A DNA stretch of 62,574 nt, counting the filler. It is 3 parts of 3 records of this genome, joined end to end, with 100 filler letters (N's around TTAATTAATTAA, not from the genome) between each part and the next. Parts side by side here need not be neighbours in the genome. Positions count along the whole stretch, not along the records: positions 23,074 to 52,617 come from SRR20825010_83; 2 more parts are not named here. The stretch is one strand, 5' to 3'. The position numbers and the translations under genes are program-made. The notes beneath the pieces are model-generated. The model was given only the letters and a program-made list of their open reading frames with translations. It searched no databases and had not been told where the DNA came from. Below, one piece after another: positions 34,082-44,872 of the stretch. The stretch's first letter is position 1. Every line of letters begins with the position of its first letter.

Positions 34082-35835
34082 GTGCAGGAATTATGATGTT
34101 CAAACGGCTTATTGCCAGGATTTTGCTGTCGCTGCCGGGCGGTGATCGCATGCTTTCGACAGTGCGGGCGCTGGTGCGCGGAGCGCCAATGACACCGGCA
34201 CCAATCGATCATGATGCACAGGTCCCCTTCGCCGTTCTCCTGCCCGGCTCAACCGATCCAACGAGCGGTTATGAAGGTTTCACGATTATCGATGAAGCAG
34301 CACTCGTCACCTTCTCGGGGCTGGTTTATGCGCCGGACCCGAATGCACCACGCCTCAGCGCGGCTCACCTCAGGAACATGACGCTCGCGGCGGAAGTGAA
34401 CGGCCTTGATATCGTCGTTGCCTCTCACGGGTTGGAGGAGCCGCCCGCGATGCGGTGCCTTTCCGGGCCTAATCATTCTCTGCGCCGGCATGGAGCCACA
34501 CCCGGCCCGATGACGGGGCGGGTCTTGCGCCTGTTGCCCGAGCCGGGCGAGGGGGTGGGGAGCACGGCCCTCGACGCATTGTTCCCGGAACAAGCGGTGA
34601 CGCATCCGGCCGGGACAATCGCGGGATTTCGTGTCGGCAATGCTTCGCCGAAAGCAGCCTATTCGGGTGCCTGGAGTCCGACGCCGCTGACAGACGATCG
34701 TCCTGTTGTCCTTGTCCTGCCGATCTTTCTCGCGGTGGGCGGTGTCGAGCGCAATACAATCGAGATCATCCGCGCGCTTCGCGACAAGTATCATTTCGTG
34801 GTCGTGACCACGGAACGTCTGCACAAGGATCAAGGCAGCCTGCATCATCAGATGTCGGCAGTCGCCGAGGTGATCTATGATCTCGCCGAGATTGCGGAAA
34901 ACCATCACCATATGCAGCTGCTACAGAGGCTGAAGGAGGGCTACCGGCCTGATCTTGTCTGGGTCTGTAACGGCTCGCCATGGCTTGCCGACAACGCCAG
35001 AACGCTGCGCACGCTGTTCAGTGATGTGCCCATCGTCGACCAGCAGGTCTATGACACGAATGAGGGTTGGATTCAGCGATACGGTGAAGCAGGCATCCAA
35101 TCCTTCGATCGCTTCATCGCGATCAACAGCCGTATTCGCGATGTCTTTACCGACAGGCTGGGCATGGCACCTGGGAGCATCGATCTCATCTACTCGGCAA
35201 TCGATGCGCCGCGTTTCGACAGACCGGCGCCAAGCGCGGAGGAAAGGGCGGCACTCGCCGGGGCACATGGTCTTCCTGCCGATCGACCGTGCTTTGCTTT
35301 CATCGGCCGGCTTGTGGAGCAAAAGAACCCGATCGCCTTCCTCACGCTCGCGGCAGAGTCCGCCAAGGCTGGAAAGAGCGATCATTTTGTTCTCGTGGGT
35401 GATGGCGTGCTTGGGCCGGACTGCGATGCCTTCATTCGTGAGGAGGGCCTCGAGAACGTGACGCGCATCCCGTTCTGTGACGACCTGACCCGTCTCTATC
35501 CCGTCCTTGCCGGCCTCATCGTGAGTTCACACTATGAAGGGTTACCGATCGCGATGCTGGAAGCTATGGCGATGGGGGTGCCGGTCTACGCGACGGATGT
35601 CGGTGATATCGGCCCGGTTCTTGACGATTATCACACTGGCTTCGTATCGAGCGATATCGCCGGCGGGGCGGAGTTTTGTGCCGGATTTCTGAACTGGCGC
35701 GACCAGCTCCCGGCGTTCACCGTGGCGGCACGCGATGCCGCACCACGCGTGCGCGAAAGGTTCGGCGTTGCCGCAATCGCCAGAAACTATGAGGAATGTT
35801 GGGAAAGCGCCTGGCGCGAACGGCGGCAGGGGTAG
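34078..35835 (+). CDS. Glycosyltransferase family 4
   Basis: GGVER, IGRLVEQKNP, EGLPIAMLEAMAMG (EX7E). Confidence 0.9.
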   Translation: MSAGIMMFKRLIARILLSLPGGDRMLSTVRALVRGAPMTPAPIDHDAQVPFAVLLPGSTDPTSGYEGFTIIDEAALVTFSGLVYAPDPNAPRLSAAHLRNMTLAAEVNGLDIVVASHGLEEPPAMRCLSGPNHSLRRHGATPGPMTGRVLRLLPEPGEGVGSTALDALFPEQAVTHPAGTIAGFRVGNASPKAAYSGAWSPTPLTDDRPVVLVLPIFLAVGGVERNTIEIIRALRDKYHFVVVTTERLHKDQGSLHHQMSAVAEVIYDLAEIAENHHHMQLLQRLKEGYRPDLVWVCNGSPWLADNARTLRTLFSDVPIVDQQVYDTNEGWIQRYGEAGIQSFDRFIAINSRIRDVFTDRLGMAPGSIDLIYSAIDAPRFDRPAPSAEERAALAGAHGLPADRPCFAFIGRLVEQKNPIAFLTLAAESAKAGKSDHFVLVGDGVLGPDCDAFIREEGLENVTRIPFCDDLTRLYPVLAGLIVSSHYEGLPIAMLEAMAMGVPVYATDVGDIGPVLDDYHTGFVSSDIAGGAEFCAGFLNWRDQLPAFTVAARDAAPRVRERFGVAAIARNYEECWESAWRERRQG

Positions 35836-35848
35836 GGCCAGCGAAACC

Positions 35849-37558
35849 TTACCGGTCCGGCACGTCGATTTCCACGGGCTCGGCGGTTGCCCAATCGAGC
35901 AGGCCGACCTTGCACATCCATACAAGATGCCGGGCCAGGAACTCATGCGGCACCTGGCCGACGGCCGCGACCAGCTCCATCAAGGATATCTCGCCGCGTT
36001 CGGTGACCAGGGCGCGGATCCTGTCGGTGGCTTCGGGGGGCAAGCGCCAGATACCGGTGAGGTTGTTCAGCGCTGTATTGTGATGCACCAGACTCTCCGT
36101 TACTGCAGTCGGCGGTGCCGGGCGGAACAGGATATCTCCGTTCAAGTGGGCACTGGCGAAGCTGGCGAACGCGCCGAAGGGATCGTTTCGGACTGGGTTC
36201 GTCCGGGTGGCGCCGTCGGTCTCGTAGGCTGATGCAGACTGGCGGATCGCTTCCAGCTCCTCGAACAATGCCGCATACTGGGCAACCACCACCGGCCAAT
36301 CGAAGGTCTGGCGCGCGTGTTCGGCTGCAGCCGTGCCCATTCGTGCAGCCAGTGCCGTGTCCGTCGCCAGGGCGGTCAGGGCATCCGCGGCCGCCCGGAC
36401 ATTGACAGCCACATGGGCGGCAACCTGGGCGACGTAGATCTGGTAGCTGTCCATGCCGAGAGCATGGCGTTGCGCCATCTGTTTGCCGGTCCCGCCCGGC
36501 GCCATCATCGTGGGGATGCGGAAGCCGGTGACGCCGTGACGTACCGTTGCCCGGTAGCCGTCCCAGTCGCTGACGACCACTGGCAGGCCGGCGGCCATCG
36601 CCTCGATCGGGGTGATCCCGAACGTCTCCTGGATATTGTCGACCAGCGAGACGAAGACATCGGACGCTGCCCAGATCCGTTCAAGCACGCCGCTGTCGTT
36701 TCCGTCGAGGAAACGCACTTTTACTGATGGGGCATACAGAGTTGCCGCAGCCTCCCAGTGACCGCGTCCCTGGTCGCCATCGGGGAACCATCCTGCCATC
36801 AGGAATTCAACGGTCCGGCCGGTGCGCCGCGCGGTCTCCTCGGCGGCGGCGAACATGGCTTGGGGATAAGCCTTTTCGAAGAACGACAGCCGCCCGACCC
36901 AGAGCAGGGTGAAGACGTCCTCGGCGAGGCCAAAATACTCCCGCGCCTCCCGGCGCCGGCTGGTCTCGCCGCGGGCGGCGAAGGCGGCGGTGTCTATCCC
37001 AAGCGGGATCACGGGCAGGTTCGGCAGTGGCAACCGTCGCTGCGCATCGGACCCGGCGAAGCGTGACGTCATGTAGTCGCTTGTTTCTTCAAGCAAGGTG
37101 CGCAGATGACGTTCAACCGCCGGTGAGGTGCATATCATGGCATCCCATGGCTCTATTGGGCTTGTCACGGCTTCAGCCGTATAGGCCCGCATGGCCTGGG
37201 GCGCGAGAGAATGGACCAGTCCGACAAGGCTGTAGGCCCGTTCGCTGGTCTGACGCCGCTGCCACGCCAGGTCGCCAATTTTTGCCTGACCACGGAACAA
37301 GGTGCCGCGAGCAGAGATCTCCCGATGATTCAGGATTGAGGTCGAGAGGATCGGTTTCGGCGCCGGCTCACCGTCAAACAGGTTTGACGTCAGTTTCGCA
37401 TCGTCGATCTTGTTGTGCACAAGAAACAGCTGATCGTCCCATGGGCCGTGTTCTGCAAATGCCCGGAACAGTCCGCGATTCGCGATATCCTTGCCAAATG
37501 GATTGGTCTGTTGCCGCATCGGGTTGTCGCCGATGTAGATGGCGCAGCCGCCTGCCAT
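35849..37558 (-). CDS. Glycosyltransferase family 4
   Basis: VIPLGID, VGRLS, ETFGITPIEAMAAGLPVVVSDWDGY. Confidence 0.9.
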   Translation of the reverse strand: MAGGCAIYIGDNPMRQQTNPFGKDIANRGLFRAFAEHGPWDDQLFLVHNKIDDAKLTSNLFDGEPAPKPILSTSILNHREISARGTLFRGQAKIGDLAWQRRQTSERAYSLVGLVHSLAPQAMRAYTAEAVTSPIEPWDAMICTSPAVERHLRTLLEETSDYMTSRFAGSDAQRRLPLPNLPVIPLGIDTAAFAARGETSRRREAREYFGLAEDVFTLLWVGRLSFFEKAYPQAMFAAAEETARRTGRTVEFLMAGWFPDGDQGRGHWEAAATLYAPSVKVRFLDGNDSGVLERIWAASDVFVSLVDNIQETFGITPIEAMAAGLPVVVSDWDGYRATVRHGVTGFRIPTMMAPGGTGKQMAQRHALGMDSYQIYVAQVAAHVAVNVRAAADALTALATDTALAARMGTAAAEHARQTFDWPVVVAQYAALFEELEAIRQSASAYETDGATRTNPVRNDPFGAFASFASAHLNGDILFRPAPPTAVTESLVHHNTALNNLTGIWRLPPEATDRIRALVTERGEISLMELVAAVGQVPHEFLARHLVWMCKVGLLDWATAEPVEIDVPDR

Positions 37559-37682
37559 AAGCTGTTTTCCGGTTTTGTGGATGCAGGGCGAGGGAGGTTA
37601 GGTGTTTGATATAGTGCCCTAACGCTGGTCCGTAAAGCGTGGCCGGCCTCGGTGGAATACCAGGCCGGGAACAAAATACGTC

Positions 37683-39668
37683 TTACGCTTTCTTCTTTGC
37701 CAACAGCACAATCATCAATACCGGCCCGCCGATCAGTGCACTCAAAAGCCCGGCGGGGAGTTGCCAGGGGAAATAGATCGTCCGGCCGAGGAAGTCCGCC
37801 GCGACCATCAATGTCGCTCCGATCATTGCCGCTCCGGCGATCTGCGGCAGGCATCTTTGCAGGCCTGCTTGCCGGGCGATTTGCGGGGCGATGAGGCCGA
37901 TGAAGCTGAGCGCTCCGACGCCGAGAGAGGCGATGGCTGTCAGCAGACCGGCAAGTGTGAGTGTGAGGAGCTGGATGCGTTCCACCCTTGCACCGGTCGC
38001 GCGTGCGAGGGCGGTGCCTACTGAAAGCAGCTCCAGCTGGCGGGCCAGTAACGGCAGAAAGGGCAGTGTCAGCGCAGCCGCTCCCACCAGCACGGCGGCG
38101 CTCGTCATGTCGGCTTTGTAGGTGGAGCCGGCCATCCAGGTCAGCAGATGCATTGCGCGCGGATCGCCCGTTGCCGTCACGACCGAGAGCAGGGCGAAGA
38201 GGAAGGTAGCGAGCGCAACACCGGCCATCAGGGCCCTGTTGCCCGAGAGCGCGGATTTTCGGATGCTGAAGATCAGCAGGCCGAGAGCCGAGAGGGCGCC
38301 GATGGCGGCGCCGGAGGTCAGTGCGAAATGACCGGGCGCTGCGACACAGAGCAGAACGACAAGCAGCCCCATGCCTGCCCCCGCGTTCACACCAAGGACT
38401 TCCGGGCTGGCCATCGGATTGCGCAGCAGTCTTTGCAGGATGACCCCGGCAATCGCCAGCAACGCTCCCGCCGCACCGGCGGCCACGGAACGCGGCAGGC
38501 GCCAGATCAATAGAGGCTCCAGCATTTCTCCGGTATCCAGCACCCACTGTCCGCTTCCGTCCCGTCCGATGAATGTTGCGGTCAGAAACAGACAGACCAG
38601 CAAGATGCCGACGGGAGCGAGGACACGCACAAGAGGGCGCCGGGCAAAGGTGAGAGCGGCGGCTCCCGTGACAGCTCCTGGCGCGACCGGAAGTTTCCGG
38701 ATGAGCAGGAAAAGCACGGGTGCCCCGAGCACGGCGGTCACGGCGCCTGCGGGAAGGAACATTCCCGTGGCCTTGCTCAGGAGCTGGAGGGATTGGTCTG
38801 TTGTCGTCAGCAGGCAGGCGCCGACCAGGGGGGCTAGGAACAGACGGCTGCGGAATGTCCGGGCTCCGATGGCCCGGGCGATGGCCGGTGCAGCGAGGCC
38901 GAGGAAGCCGATCACGCCAACCGCACTGACGGTGAAGGCAGTGAGGATGACCGCGAGAGCGAGCGCCGCCGCGCGGATTGTGGCGATGCGCAAGCCAAGC
39001 CCGCGCGCGGTCTCATCCAGTTGCAGGGCCGTCATCGGCCGGACAAGCAGGCCCGCCGCAAGCGCGCAAATCGCGACACGGGGGAGCAGATCCCAGAACG
39101 GGCGCCAGTCCTGTTGGCTGAGGGAGCCGCTTCCCCAGATGAACAGACCGGAAAGCCGGTAATCGTTCAGCAGAATGAAGGTGGACGACAAGGCGCTGAG
39201 ATAGAAACCGACGATCAGGCCGGAAAGCACCACGGCGAGGGGGCGGAAGGCGAATTTCCGCGACAGGAAGAAAACGATACCTGAAGCAAAACCGGCGCCT
39301 GTCAGGGAGACCAGATCCCGGCTCCAGCCGAGCAATGCCGGCAGAAACAGGATTGCCAGCGCGATTGCCAACCCGGCCCCGGCCTCGACGCCCAGGGTCG
39401 ATGGCGAGGCAAGAGGGTTGCGCAGGACCTGCTGGAAGAGGGCGCCCGCCATGCCGAGCGCAATGCCGCAGAGGGGCGCCATTGCCAGACGCGGCAGCTG
39501 ACTGAATCGCATGAGCAGCGCGTCGATATCCCTCAGATCTGGCGTTCCAGTCAGACGGGCAAGTCCGAGATCCATCAGGCCTGGGGCAAGGTTTGCCACG
39601 GTGGCGAGTGCCGCCAATGCGGCAAACAACATGGCCCAGAGCATGGTCTGGCGGGAAGTGTCAGGCAT
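37683..39668 (-). CDS. fhuB: Fe3+-hydroxamate ABC transporter permease FhuB
   Basis: Two fused FecCD halves, each with RNPLASP/RNPMASP; start set at MPDTS. Confidence 0.92.
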   Translation of the reverse strand: MPDTSRQTMLWAMLFAALAALATVANLAPGLMDLGLARLTGTPDLRDIDALLMRFSQLPRLAMAPLCGIALGMAGALFQQVLRNPLASPSTLGVEAGAGLAIALAILFLPALLGWSRDLVSLTGAGFASGIVFFLSRKFAFRPLAVVLSGLIVGFYLSALSSTFILLNDYRLSGLFIWGSGSLSQQDWRPFWDLLPRVAICALAAGLLVRPMTALQLDETARGLGLRIATIRAAALALAVILTAFTVSAVGVIGFLGLAAPAIARAIGARTFRSRLFLAPLVGACLLTTTDQSLQLLSKATGMFLPAGAVTAVLGAPVLFLLIRKLPVAPGAVTGAAALTFARRPLVRVLAPVGILLVCLFLTATFIGRDGSGQWVLDTGEMLEPLLIWRLPRSVAAGAAGALLAIAGVILQRLLRNPMASPEVLGVNAGAGMGLLVVLLCVAAPGHFALTSGAAIGALSALGLLIFSIRKSALSGNRALMAGVALATFLFALLSVVTATGDPRAMHLLTWMAGSTYKADMTSAAVLVGAAALTLPFLPLLARQLELLSVGTALARATGARVERIQLLTLTLAGLLTAIASLGVGALSFIGLIAPQIARQAGLQRCLPQIAGAAMIGATLMVAADFLGRTIYFPWQLPAGLLSALIGGPVLMIVLLAKKKA

Positions 39669-40557
39669 GATCAAGCTCAAGTTCGGTCAGAAGCCGGGTC
39701 ATGCGGGTCGCCGCGGGCAGGGTGCCAAAGGCCAGGACGTTCGGGAAACGCCGCACCCGGCCTGCCCGGACGAAAGGAAGGTTCTGCCAGAGCGGGCTGC
39801 CCGCGAGCAGGGCCTCGACATCCGGCGGCACGGGATCAAAGACCAGAACCCAGGCATCCCCGATATCGACCAGACGCTCGATCCCCGCTGTTGCGAACCC
39901 CCAGCTATTGATCGATCCCGGCCAGCCGTTCCGCAGATCAAGCCGGTCGAGCACATCCTGAATGATGCAGTTCGGGCCATAGATACGGACATGCCGCGTA
40001 TCGATGAAATGGAGGAAAACCAGAGGATGGCTGCGCAATCGCGTGAGTTTGGGCCGCGCCGCCTCGAAGGTCTTTTCCGTGGTCGCGATCAGCTCTTCGG
40101 CTGCCGCTTCCCGCCCGGATAGTTCACCCAGCCTGCGCGTTGCCGCCAGAATGTTGGGATAGGGCGAGGTACCAAGCGCATGAATCGGGAAGGATTCGAC
40201 CGGCGCAATGCGCTCAAACTGATGCCGGACATTTTCAAGATAGGGCGTCGACAGAATCAGATCCGGCTGCAGGCGCTGCAGCAGCTCAAGGTTCATTTCC
40301 TGTGCGGTGCCGAGGTTGACCACGTCCTTCGGCAGAGCAGGCTCGATGGTCCAGACATTCCAGTTCGGGATCTGAGCGACGCCGGACAGGTCCGCGCCGA
40401 TTGCAACCAGGGTCTGCGCAAGCCCGTGATCCGGTGTGACAAACCGGGGATTTTGCGGCAGCCCGGTTGAGGCCTTTGCACTGAAGGGCGCAAGGGCTCC
40501 CGCCAGGGCGAAGCTGTTGAAGGCGCGGCGGGAGATCTCCCGTGGCTTACCGGACAT
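39661..40557 (-). CDS. fhuD: Fe3+-siderophore periplasmic binding protein FhuD-like
   Basis: Tat signal SRRAF, NLELLQRLQPDLIL, NSWGF, WQNLPFV. Confidence 0.85.
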   Translation of the reverse strand: MSGKPREISRRAFNSFALAGALAPFSAKASTGLPQNPRFVTPDHGLAQTLVAIGADLSGVAQIPNWNVWTIEPALPKDVVNLGTAQEMNLELLQRLQPDLILSTPYLENVRHQFERIAPVESFPIHALGTSPYPNILAATRRLGELSGREAAAEELIATTEKTFEAARPKLTRLRSHPLVFLHFIDTRHVRIYGPNCIIQDVLDRLDLRNGWPGSINSWGFATAGIERLVDIGDAWVLVFDPVPPDVEALLAGSPLWQNLPFVRAGRVRRFPNVLAFGTLPAATRMTRLLTELELDHA

Positions 40558-41329
40558 AGCTGATTGCCTGTCCGGTATCCGGATGCGGGAAGATACCGAG
40601 CGGAACCCCGAACAGCTCCCGGAGGCGGTCCGGCTGCATCAGGTCGGCGGGCTTCTCGAATGCGGACAGGTTTCCGCTGGAGAGCACGATGATGCGATCG
40701 CAATAGCGGGCGGCGATGTTGAGATCGTGCAGGATGACGATCACGGAGCGGCCATGCTTGCGGCTCAGACCGGAGACGAGATCCATGATTTCGTATTGTT
40801 GCGAGATATCGAGGGCGGAGATCGGCTCGTCGAGCAGCAGGCAGTGCGCGTCCTGGGCAACGAGCATGGCGAGGAAAGCTCTCTGCCGCTCCCCGCCGGA
40901 AAGACTGTCGACGAAGCGGCCGGCAAACCGCGCGGTATCGGTTGCGACGAGCGCCTTTTCGCAGATCTCCTCATCCGCCCGGCTGGTCCGCCCGAACGGC
41001 CCATGCCAGGGATAGCGGCCCAGCGCGACCAGCTCCCGGACGGTCAGGCCGTCCGTGTCCGCGTTCTGTTGCGGCAGATAGGAAAGCCGGCGGGCAAGCT
41101 CCCGTGGCGCGTAATCGCCAAGCGGCCGTCCCTCGAACAGGGCATGGCCGCTGCCGGGCGCAATCTGCCGCGCGAGGATTTTCATCAGGGTCGACTTGCC
41201 GGACCCGTTATGTCCGAGCAGACCGATCACGCAGCCTGCGGGCAAGTCGAGCGTCAGCGGATGCAGGACGGGTTGGCCGTCATAGGCACAGCCGACGTGC
41301 TGAAGAGAGAAGAGCGGAGAGGTGGTCAT
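40547..41329 (-). CDS. fhuC: Fe3+-hydroxamate ABC transporter ATPase FhuC
   Basis: GHNGSGKST, GRYPWHG, LSGGERQR, LLDEP, LHDLN. Confidence 0.92.
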   Translation of the reverse strand: MTTSPLFSLQHVGCAYDGQPVLHPLTLDLPAGCVIGLLGHNGSGKSTLMKILARQIAPGSGHALFEGRPLGDYAPRELARRLSYLPQQNADTDGLTVRELVALGRYPWHGPFGRTSRADEEICEKALVATDTARFAGRFVDSLSGGERQRAFLAMLVAQDAHCLLLDEPISALDISQQYEIMDLVSGLSRKHGRSVIVILHDLNIAARYCDRIIVLSSGNLSAFEKPADLMQPDRLRELFGVPLGIFPHPDTGQAISYVR

Positions 41330-42237
41330 TTCATGCGTTGTCCCGCAGCCCAGTCGAAAGCGGTCTGCACGGCCCGGTTCACGGCCACGGGTAATACGGA
41401 CATGTGGTTTTCACCCGCGAAGAGCTCGAAGCTGGCGGCATCGCTGCGTCCGGTCCGCTCCACGATTTCGGCAGCGAGTTCCTCGGCAAGGCCGACCGTC
41501 CGGATCTTTCGGCGATGGGAGAGACGCTGTTCCTCGTCCTCCCGGCCAATCTCGAAAGGCGCAGGCACGTCGCTTTCATATGCCCCGGCGGAAAGAAGAA
41601 CCCGCCCGGTGAGCTTGCCCCACGCGGCCGCATCCATCCGGTCCAGGCAGGTGCGGACAATCCCGTCTTCCCAGTAAATCGCCGGACTGGCCGCGACCCA
41701 GTTCCGGAATGCGTCCGGGTGTTGGGAAAGTGCATAGAGCGCGAAAAGGCCGCCGAAGGAGTGGCCGAACAGGGTCTGTGCCGACCGGTCGATGGGATAA
41801 TGCCGTTCCAGCCAGGGGCGCAGAGTTTGCAGCAGAAAACCGAGGAACTGGTCTGCTCCGCCGGTCCGCACGACCGGTGTGTTTTCGAAGAAGGGGGGAT
41901 ATTCGGCACCGGGAGGCGGGCTGAGATCCCAGGATCGCCGGAGCGGGTCGTAGGCGTTGTCCGTCGGATATCCGATCGCGACGATCATGCCTTTGCAGAC
42001 ATTCGTGCCCTTGGGATAGCTCGCCTGCGCGCGCAGGGCGTCGGCGGCCGTCGCGATGACGGCATTACCGTCGGTCATGTAGAGCACGGGCCAACCCGCC
42101 GCCGGTGGTTCTCCGTCCGGGACATGGACGAAGATCCGGTACAGATCGCCGCTCCCCCGGAAATCCTGGCACGGAAGGTCGAAATAGCAGGTGCCCGGCT
42201 GTAAGGCCGGGCACCCATTCGTCAGATCGAAGGTCAA
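41326..42237 (-). CDS. IroE/BesA-like siderophore esterase (alpha/beta hydrolase)
   Basis: PVLYMTDGN, RRSWDLSP, GGADQF, GHSFGG nucleophile elbow, ENH; start set at the TTG after the receptor stop. Confidence 0.82.
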   Translation of the reverse strand: MTFDLTNGCPALQPGTCYFDLPCQDFRGSGDLYRIFVHVPDGEPPAAGWPVLYMTDGNAVIATAADALRAQASYPKGTNVCKGMIVAIGYPTDNAYDPLRRSWDLSPPPGAEYPPFFENTPVVRTGGADQFLGFLLQTLRPWLERHYPIDRSAQTLFGHSFGGLFALYALSQHPDAFRNWVAASPAIYWEDGIVRTCLDRMDAAAWGKLTGRVLLSAGAYESDVPAPFEIGREDEEQRLSHRRKIRTVGLAEELAAEIVERTGRSDAASFELFAGENHMSVLPVAVNRAVQTAFDWAAGQRMK

Positions 42238-42248
42238 GTTGCAGCCGC

Positions 42249-44720
42249 CTACCAGCGGTAGTTCAGGCTGGCGATGACCGTCCGGCCGCGACCGATATAG
42301 CAATAGCCGCTTTCGCACATCACCTGGTCCTCGTCCCCGAGATTGGTGCCGTTGACCGCAAAGGTCGCGCCCGGTGCGAACCTGTCGAGGCTGTAGCTGA
42401 TACGGGCATCGAACAGCAGATAGGCGTCGTTCTTCACATTGTTGGCGCTATCCGCATAGTTCTCGCCGGTGTAACGGGCGCCGAAGCCGAGTTCGAGTCC
42501 GTCGAAGGTCGGGTCGGTGAAGCTGTAATTGCCCCAGACGGAGGCCAGATGCTCCGGCACGCCGACGGGCACATTGCCTTCGTTGCCATCGTTGTTCTTG
42601 GTGATTTCCATGTCCGTGTAGGAATAGTTGGCCACCAGCTCGAGGCCCTCGACAATCTCCGTCTTGCCTTCCAGCTCGATCCCGCGTGAACGGACTTCGC
42701 CGGTCTGGATGGTGTTGGTCGGATCATCCGGGTCGGAGGTCTTGGCGTTTTTCTGGACGAGATTGAAGGCGCTGATCGTGAACAGGCTGCGGCTGCCCGG
42801 AGGCTGATATTTCAAACCGAACTCGACCTGCTCACCTTCGGTCGGATCGAGATAGGCGCCGGCCTTGTTGGTTCCGAGTTCCGGAATGAAGGAGGTGGAG
42901 TAGCTCACATAAGGCGCGAAGCCGTTATCGAAGAGATAGAGCAGGCCGGCGCTGCCGGTGGTCGCGCCGTCTTCCTGTGAGGTCTTCGTGTCTGTGAGCA
43001 GATTGTTCTTGGTGGTTTCCGCCTCGTCGTGACGCAGTCCGAGATTGAGCCGCCAGTTCTCGTACGCGATCTGGTTCTGGGCGTAAAAGCCGATCTGGTG
43101 TGCTTCGGTGTTCTGCCAGGTGATCTGGTTCGTCGGCCGGGCGATGTCCTGATCATAGTCCGGATAGCGCATGTCGAGGTCCGGCGCGCTGCCATAGGTG
43201 TATTCGACATTGCCGTCGATATGCAGGTAATCGACACCGGCAATCAGCGTATGCTCGAAGGCCCCCGTGTTGAAGCGGGCCTGACCGGACGTGTCGACGG
43301 TGATGTGCTGGCTGTCCTCGTAGATGCCGTAAGCGGTGCGCGAGAAGGTATATCCATCGCTCTGCAGTGTTTTGCCGACATACTGATTGATCGTGTTGAG
43401 GTCTGTGTAACGCAGGTTTTGCCGTAGCGAGAAAGTCTCGTTGATCTCGTATTTTGCTTCGTAGCCACCTGAATATTGCTGCTGCTTCAGCTTGTCGAAA
43501 TCTTCATCGCCAGTCCAGAAGGTGGTGATCTTCCCGCTCGCATCCTGATAGGGGCGCGGTGAGCCGGCGGTCTCGTATTCCTGCGCGCTGCCGAGCAGGG
43601 TGATTTCCAGCTTCTCCGTCGGTTGCCAGCTGATGGACGGAGCGAAATATTTCACGTTATTGACCACGCCCACGATGTTGGACTCGCTGTCGCGGGCAAC
43701 ACCGACGACGCGATACTGGACGTCGTCGCGGGCGAGGACCGGGCCGCTGAGATCGAACTGGCCCTGGGCATATTCGTCGGTACCGCGCTGGATTTCGACC
43801 TCGTGGCGGGCTTCTTTTGTCGGACGTTTGGTGACACGGTTGACGAGGCCGCCCGGGCTTACCTGACCGTAGAGTACCGAGTTGGGGCCTTTCACCACAT
43901 CAAGACGCTCGAGCCCGTAGGCTTCGGTATGCGGATAGGACAGCCAACCGATATTAGGCTGGCGCATGCCGTCGAGGAAGTCGGCGGTGGTGACAAGGTT
44001 GAAGCCACGGGAGCGGATCTGGTCGAAGCGCATGTCGTTGCCATAGGCATCGACCTGGACGCCAACCGTATAGCGCAGCGCCTCTTCGACGCTCTGCACC
44101 TTGCGGTCGGCGATTTCGTCGGCGGTCACCACGGAGATCGCACGCGGCGTTTCGAGCAGCGGCGTATCCGTCTTGGTGCCGCTGGCGCTGCGGGTGGCGA
44201 CATAACCGTCGACCGGTCCGGTAGCGGTTTGCTCCGTGGCCTCTACGGTGAGCTTCTTCAGCCGGACCGAGCCGTCGCTGCTTTGCCCCAACTTGCTGAT
44301 GGTGACATTGGACGTGCCGGTAAAATCGTGTTGCAGGGGAAGGCCCGTCAGCATGATGCGGAGCGCATCTTCGGCTTTGTAGCTGCCGGATACTGCGCTG
44401 GAAGTAAGGCCTTCGGCGATGGACGGCTCGAACGCTACCTGCAGATTGGCTTGTTGGCCGAAGGTGATCAGTGCCTCGGCCAAAGACTGGGCCGGAATGT
44501 TGAAGTCGTGAGACTCCGTTGCCTGAGCCAGTTCCTGCGCTGCGCCGGGTGCTCCGCTCTGTGCCGGTTTCACGGCTTCGGCGAGCGCGTGCGAGCCAGT
44601 CAACACGACGACGCCCAGTGCCAGAGCGCTCGTTGTTGCAAGCAATCCCCTGCGGTCGCGCCGGATTTTCGGCGCGTTATCGCAAGACGTGGCGCGCGTG
44701 CGTGCCTTTCGGACAATCAT
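42249..44720 (-). CDS. TonB-dependent siderophore receptor with STN signalling domain (FhuA/FoxA-like)
   Basis: FNIPAQSLAEAL (STN), TKTDTPLLETP, KGPNSVLYG, GEVRSRGIELE, terminal YRW. Confidence 0.93.
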   Translation of the reverse strand: MIVRKARTRATSCDNAPKIRRDRRGLLATTSALALGVVVLTGSHALAEAVKPAQSGAPGAAQELAQATESHDFNIPAQSLAEALITFGQQANLQVAFEPSIAEGLTSSAVSGSYKAEDALRIMLTGLPLQHDFTGTSNVTISKLGQSSDGSVRLKKLTVEATEQTATGPVDGYVATRSASGTKTDTPLLETPRAISVVTADEIADRKVQSVEEALRYTVGVQVDAYGNDMRFDQIRSRGFNLVTTADFLDGMRQPNIGWLSYPHTEAYGLERLDVVKGPNSVLYGQVSPGGLVNRVTKRPTKEARHEVEIQRGTDEYAQGQFDLSGPVLARDDVQYRVVGVARDSESNIVGVVNNVKYFAPSISWQPTEKLEITLLGSAQEYETAGSPRPYQDASGKITTFWTGDEDFDKLKQQQYSGGYEAKYEINETFSLRQNLRYTDLNTINQYVGKTLQSDGYTFSRTAYGIYEDSQHITVDTSGQARFNTGAFEHTLIAGVDYLHIDGNVEYTYGSAPDLDMRYPDYDQDIARPTNQITWQNTEAHQIGFYAQNQIAYENWRLNLGLRHDEAETTKNNLLTDTKTSQEDGATTGSAGLLYLFDNGFAPYVSYSTSFIPELGTNKAGAYLDPTEGEQVEFGLKYQPPGSRSLFTISAFNLVQKNAKTSDPDDPTNTIQTGEVRSRGIELEGKTEIVEGLELVANYSYTDMEITKNNDGNEGNVPVGVPEHLASVWGNYSFTDPTFDGLELGFGARYTGENYADSANNVKNDAYLLFDARISYSLDRFAPGATFAVNGTNLGDEDQVMCESGYCYIGRGRTVIASLNYRW

Positions 44721-44772
44721 TATTCGGTATCCCCCTTGACGGATGCGCCGGGCGGCGCAAATGCAATTCCCA

Positions 44773-44793
44773 TGCGAATGAGAACAATTCGCA
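44773..44793. promoter_or_regulatory. Fur-box-like palindrome upstream of the receptor
   Basis: TGCGAAT-GAGAACA-ATTCGCA. Confidence 0.6.
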
Positions 44794-44872
44794 AAAGATC
44801 AGACGGATGGGGGCTTCGTTTTTTAAGGGGCGGGGACGAAATTTTTTTTTCGGCGCTCTGATCCGGCACCGG

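Noticed and set aside
44802-44826. TTAAA-N16-CGT on the minus strand as a FecI/PvdS-type promoter for the receptor
   Set aside because: Plausible position, but a short single instance that cannot be validated from this window
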